The notes under the pieces: generated by a model
The model's database searches: none
The model's input: the letters and a program-made list of their open reading frames with translations, nothing else
What the model was told of the DNA's origin: nothing
Source: Candidatus Heimdallarchaeota archaeon
GTDB taxonomy: Archaea > Asgardarchaeota > Heimdallarchaeia > Hodarchaeales > Hodarchaeaceae
Assembly: GCA_020353515.1 (NCBI GenBank)
Contig: CP070695.1
Coordinates: 4,657,414-4,721,413, forward strand
DNA: 64,000 nt
Reading direction: 5' to 3'
Position numbers and translations under genes: made by a program
Part shown: positions 60,072-64,000 of the stretch, piece after piece
Layout: the number at the start of each line of letters is the position of its first letter
Position numbering within the stretch: the stretch's first letter is position 1

Positions 60072-61253
60072 TTACCTTTTCTTCTTCTTTCGAATTGGTA
60101 TATAAAGTATTATACTGATTATAGCTAATATTTCGAAACCATTGGTATTTTCTGCATGTTTGATGTCCGTGGGTATAACTATCTTATTGACCACTATATC
60201 AGTATAGATTCTTTCCATGTTTTTAGTGACATTTCCCCATCCACTTGGATAGAATACATTTTCTTCTAATCCCAGAGAGTGGATTCCTGGAAAATTATCC
60301 TCACTTCGGTTGAATTTTTCAAACAAGGTTAGAATGGCTTTTGTGTTATTCTTAACAACACTTGGTACTGAAGTCCGATTTGAATCAACTGTGACAACAG
60401 TATTTGTGAAACCCTCAAGAATTCCTAAGGTATTATTATTCTGCAAAGCAGAGAAAATTAAATCATAACCTTGCTTGTCCAAATCTTCTGCTAATTTCTT
60501 TGCTTTGTCAGAATCAGTCCAGCTTTCCCAGAAATAGTCTACATAATATATCGAAATATCTACTTCAGTAGTGTTGCGCAAAAAACCACTCTGAAATCCC
60601 GAAATTAGCTGCCACGAACGAGGGTCTGATTTAGGATTTGATATTTCGCTCGGCCAAGTATTTCGATAAGTACAGACCATTGCAATTTTTTCTGGTGTGG
60701 GAGATATTGTTTCCGCTGTTAAAGTTCCTGCAATGAAACCGACATGACTTTCATTGAAGCTAAAAACCGCAGCATTATCACCCAAGGTATTCCCTAAATA
60801 CGAAGGAACCTGTCCAGATAAATCGTAAAAGAGAAACTTTGTATCGGGATAACGTTCTGGTAAGTAATTAGCTTTTTTCTCACGTCTAAGCTCATAACCC
60901 ATCAGTACAACTAAGTCATATTGATCCGTTTGTGCAAGCTGATCTGCTAATTCCGTATGATTAGTCTGTGTTCCGTCGTAATAATAAGTTATAGGTGGTC
61001 TAGAGTATTTCGTAAGTGGGAATACGGTATAGTTCATATTATATGTTTGGTTGACAAGATCGAACCCATTTAAAACATCATTAATGAAAGAAGAATCGTA
61101 CAACTCTGGAGAATCCAAGATTACAGCAATATTCCTTATTGCTTGGTTACTACTAGCTGTTCCTTGTTGAGGAAGAGCAACATCAAAGCTAGTTGAGACA
61201 AAGCAAAAAAGCAGTACAATTACTAATAAAATCTTCTTGTGTTGGTATTTCAT
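60072..61253 (-). CDS. BMP/PnrA-like substrate-binding protein with C-terminal sorting/anchor tail
   Basis: D.SF, F.E..VGFIAG, GF.SG, W.D..KAK.LA, VDS, SVVK; ends NGFE-TM-RKKKKR. ATG 61253 followed by a signal-like segment is preferred over 61388. Confidence 0.75.
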   Translation of the reverse strand: MKYQHKKILLVIVLLFCFVSTSFDVALPQQGTASSNQAIRNIAVILDSPELYDSSFINDVLNGFDLVNQTYNMNYTVFPLTKYSRPPITYYYDGTQTNHTELADQLAQTDQYDLVVLMGYELRREKKANYLPERYPDTKFLFYDLSGQVPSYLGNTLGDNAAVFSFNESHVGFIAGTLTAETISPTPEKIAMVCTYRNTWPSEISNPKSDPRSWQLISGFQSGFLRNTTEVDISIYYVDYFWESWTDSDKAKKLAEDLDKQGYDLIFSALQNNNTLGILEGFTNTVVTVDSNRTSVPSVVKNNTKAILTLFEKFNRSEDNFPGIHSLGLEENVFYPSGWGNVTKNMERIYTDIVVNKIVIPTDIKHAENTNGFEILAIISIILYIPIRKKKKR

Positions 61254-61430
61254 GTGCGTGCCCCAATATGACTTAGATAGTAAGAGTGATCTTATTTTTG
61301 TTATAAAAATAATTTCTTTTGATTGTTTAGTTTTGGATTGGTAACTCATCAAATATTTGTTACTAATTCTAAATGTTTTGTTCAACAATAATATATTATG
61401 AAAAATGATTGATAAAAACTATTCATGTAA

Positions 61431-62714
61431 CTAATTAGATTTAGAGAGAATTATTTCTACTACTTGTTTCACGCCATGAGTGACGCCTTCAGTCATCATC
61501 CAACCATCGTTTCCTTTGAAACCATCGCCAATGAAAAAGAGATTGGGGATAACTGATGAATTTGATAGATCATTGCCTTGAGTGGACCAATTCACGGGCC
61601 ACTCTTTATGAAATGTATGAACACACAATTCATCCTCCTCTTTCAGTTGGGGAAATGTTTCTAGTAGTTCATCCCGTGCACGACGGGTATCATGGATGAT
61701 ATCAGAGGAATGGAAAACTTGATGAGTTAATAACAAATGCTCACCAGGTGGGGCGAGATTAGGGGAAATATTTGTTGGTTCTACTGCCCCTTTTATATAT
61801 TTATTTCCAGGAAATTGGGCCACAACCGAGGTTCTAAGAATTGGCACTTTAGATCGGTAAGCAAAACCACCACCTCGAGCAATTGGCATGGTAGGCAAAC
61901 GAAAAGGGATATGACTTCTTGATAATAATTCATTCACCTGAAAATAACCAATATTGAGGACAAAATCATTTGCATAAATTGCGAATTCTTCTTTTGTTTT
62001 TCGATCACGACAAATAGCTGATTTAATTTCAGTACCGTCAATTTCTAGTCGAACCAATTCACAGCTCTTTCGAAGAATCGAGCCTTTTTGACGAATATAT
62101 TCTACTAATCCAGTGGTAACAGCTTTACAACCTCCAATGGGAACCCCTGGTCGTCCTCTTTGGTATAACCTTCTAAAAAAGCGAAACATGCTTGCTGTGG
62201 ATATTTGGGAGATATCGATACTTAAAGCAAAACCTGTTAGTGCATTAAAGAAGTTATAAATTTGAGGATCTTCAGTCCTAGCTTCTAAAAACTCATGAAA
62301 CGATTCATTTCGACGTTCTGAATGACGTAAACTTGGAAATAATTTGCGAAAAATAAAAATCCGTTGACTCATTTTTGGAAACGCTTTCAAAATTCCCCAA
62401 AACTTTCTATGTTGAATCGGTTCGTGTTGAGGCCAATACCAAGCTGTAAAATATTCATTTTCGATGATTTTAAGAGATAAATTCAGATCCTGTAAGAGAG
62501 TCACTCCCAAAGGGCCATTACGGGAATGTGGGATCATATGAACCGCTCCAGTAGGTATTTCAAATCCATCATGTTTGATTGATGTGAATCGTCCTCCAAA
62601 AAAAGGCAGTTTTTCTACAAGAAAACTCTTCTGACCACGTTGAGCCAATAAGCTTGCTGATAATAATCCACCAATTCCTCCTCCTGCTATAAATTGATCA
62701 TAATGTTCTGTGAT
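61431..62714 (-). CDS. Phytoene dehydrogenase-like FAD-dependent oxidoreductase
   Basis: EK..FFGGRFTS....GF..PTGAVHM. The FAD-binding AGGGIGG lies upstream of the track start in the same frame, so the gene must start near ATC 62714. Confidence 0.8.
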   Translation of the reverse strand: MTEHYDQFIAGGGIGGLLSASLLAQRGQKSFLVEKLPFFGGRFTSIKHDGFEIPTGAVHMIPHSRNGPLGVTLLQDLNLSLKIIENEYFTAWYWPQHEPIQHRKFWGILKAFPKMSQRIFIFRKLFPSLRHSERRNESFHEFLEARTEDPQIYNFFNALTGFALSIDISQISTASMFRFFRRLYQRGRPGVPIGGCKAVTTGLVEYIRQKGSILRKSCELVRLEIDGTEIKSAICRDRKTKEEFAIYANDFVLNIGYFQVNELLSRSHIPFRLPTMPIARGGGFAYRSKVPILRTSVVAQFPGNKYIKGAVEPTNISPNLAPPGEHLLLTHQVFHSSDIIHDTRRARDELLETFPQLKEEDELCVHTFHKEWPVNWSTQGNDLSNSSVIPNLFFIGDGFKGNDGWMMTEGVTHGVKQVVEIILSKSN

Positions 62715-62717
62715 ACT

Positions 62718-62897
62718 TTACCCCCCCCAATTTGTTTTTATTGCTGAGACAGGACAACTCATTATGCAAAGACCGCATTTATTACATTTTTGTAAGAATT
62801 GTGATATCCCTTCTACTCTAAAACCTCCAACAGGACAGATCATTGAGCAATATGCACAACCAACACACTTTTGAATATTAATCTCAATATTTTGCAA
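62718..62897 (-). CDS. 2x[4Fe-4S] ferredoxin (59 aa), not in the ORF track
   Basis: TTG start; MQNIEINIQKCVGCAYCSMICPVGGFRVEGISQFLQKCNKCGLCIMSCPVSAIKTNWGG has two CxxCxxCxxxCP motifs. Confidence 0.9.
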   Translation of the reverse strand: MQNIEINIQKCVGCAYCSMICPVGGFRVEGISQFLQKCNKCGLCIMSCPVSAIKTNWGG

Positions 62898-63062
62898 AAT
62901 TTTTCGACCATAGGTTAAATCAGGAGGTTCAGAATCAATTTTCTTTAGTTTTTCTTTCAGTCCATCACAATTCGAAAGTTTCTTAAGATATGCGCGGAGT
63001 CTTGTATATACATTGAGCTTAAAATATGATAATCAAATCTCATAAAAGAATTAATCAGAAGG

Positions 63063-63905
63063 GTGACCAAGATGGTATCAAAACTTATGGTAGCAGGAAT
63101 CATTGTATTAATCCTAGGTGGCTTTTTATTTGTGTTATTTACTCTTTTATTCCCGATGCTTGGAATTGCACTTTATCCTTTCTATACTACAACTGGAAGT
63201 CAAGCTCGAAATGAGACCATCAGTCGAAACGACAGAGTCCAGATAGATCTGACTCCAGGTAGTCCTGGAATCCCCAGAGTTCTACTTCCATTATTGGGAG
63301 TTCAGTTAAAAGCCTCCTTCTATCTTCAAGGGGTTGGTGGTGGGTGGGAATGTGATGCAGTGCTTGTTTACAATGGTGATCAGGATATTGACATCGATGG
63401 AACAGACAGAACATTCTCTGGCAATACTGGAGGAGAGGGTGGACGAGTTTTAGCTACTATCTACACCTCTATCAATGCGGGTGCAGCATCAGCTAATTAT
63501 GACCTGTCTGTTGAAATTGACAATACTGGAGATAGTCGAATTTCCATGCTTGCCAGTCGAGTAGATATCACATATACTCTTTTTGCTCAGATCATTCCAG
63601 CACTTCTTGCCATCGCTGGTTTGGTTGTGACCATTGTGGGAGTTGTGACAAGTCGTAGACCTTCTGTACCCAAAGCAAAAGCTGCTCCTGGTGGATGGGA
63701 ACCTACATTACAATGGGGTGGTGGTGCAGCTGCGAAACAACCTAAAATGGCAATAAAGTCGACTACGGCGCAACCGAAAAAAGTCAAGAAAGTTGTTAAG
63801 AAAGCTGCTCCTGCGGGAGGAGCACAACAACCTTGTAAATTCTGTGGGAAACCAGTTCCAGCTTCAGCTTATTTCTGTCCTCATTGCTATGGAAAACTAC
63901 GTTAA
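63063..63905 (+). CDS. Two-TM membrane protein with extracellular beta domain and C-terminal zinc ribbon
   Basis: N- and C-terminal TM segments, an Ala/Lys/Pro-rich linker, and CKFCG...FCPHC. Confidence 0.75.
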   Translation: MTKMVSKLMVAGIIVLILGGFLFVLFTLLFPMLGIALYPFYTTTGSQARNETISRNDRVQIDLTPGSPGIPRVLLPLLGVQLKASFYLQGVGGGWECDAVLVYNGDQDIDIDGTDRTFSGNTGGEGGRVLATIYTSINAGAASANYDLSVEIDNTGDSRISMLASRVDITYTLFAQIIPALLAIAGLVVTIVGVVTSRRPSVPKAKAAPGGWEPTLQWGGGAAAKQPKMAIKSTTAQPKKVKKVVKKAAPAGGAQQPCKFCGKPVPASAYFCPHCYGKLR

Positions 63906-64000
63906 ATAGCTTATAACTACAAGATCAAAAGAGAAGACGTTCGCCTTAGTTATAATTATCTAGGTTCAGGCGGACAATATCTTTTTACTTCCATATTTGT

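Noticed and set aside
1-64000. CRISPR arrays, tRNA/rRNA genes, IS elements, prophage
   Set aside because: I saw no regularly spaced repeats, GC-rich structured RNA segments, transposase, integrase or capsid genes by eye. Small ncRNAs in the 350-480 bp gaps (15720-16142, 38687-39051, 52193-52614, 58057-58535) cannot be excluded without an Infernal/Rfam search.

Overview
AT-rich (about 35% GC by eye) archaeal chromosomal segment, most likely from an Asgard archaeon (Heimdallarchaeia/Hodarchaeales-like). This is inferred from Topo VI next to gyrase, a Rab-like small GTPase, a longin-like protein, a C2H2 zinc-finger ORF and a GF-TM-basic C-terminal sorting tail. In order the window contains: a gyrB-gyrA-top6B topoisomerase cluster; a CdrS-like ribbon-helix-helix gene; a pair of degenerate RCK/TrkA-like genes; a longin-like/GTPase/Mrr-like region; a three-gene operon ending in an archaea-specific SMC-like (Sph/ClsN-type) ATPase; several transporters and metabolic enzymes; two pseudogenes; four orphan DNA methyltransferases within about 8 kb; an AAA+/wHTH protein with a probable CTG start; a copper locus (CopR-TRASH regulator, a small Cys/His/Met protein and a CopA carrying a second copy of that same unusual domain); purine salvage genes; and a ferredoxin in frame with an FAD oxidoreductase. 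I read three genes that are missing from the ORF track: top6B (partial), a 57-aa ORF before the SMC-like gene, and a 59-aa 2x[4Fe-4S] ferredoxin. I saw no rRNA, tRNA, CRISPR array or IS element. All family calls come from motif recognition by eye; no database search was run.
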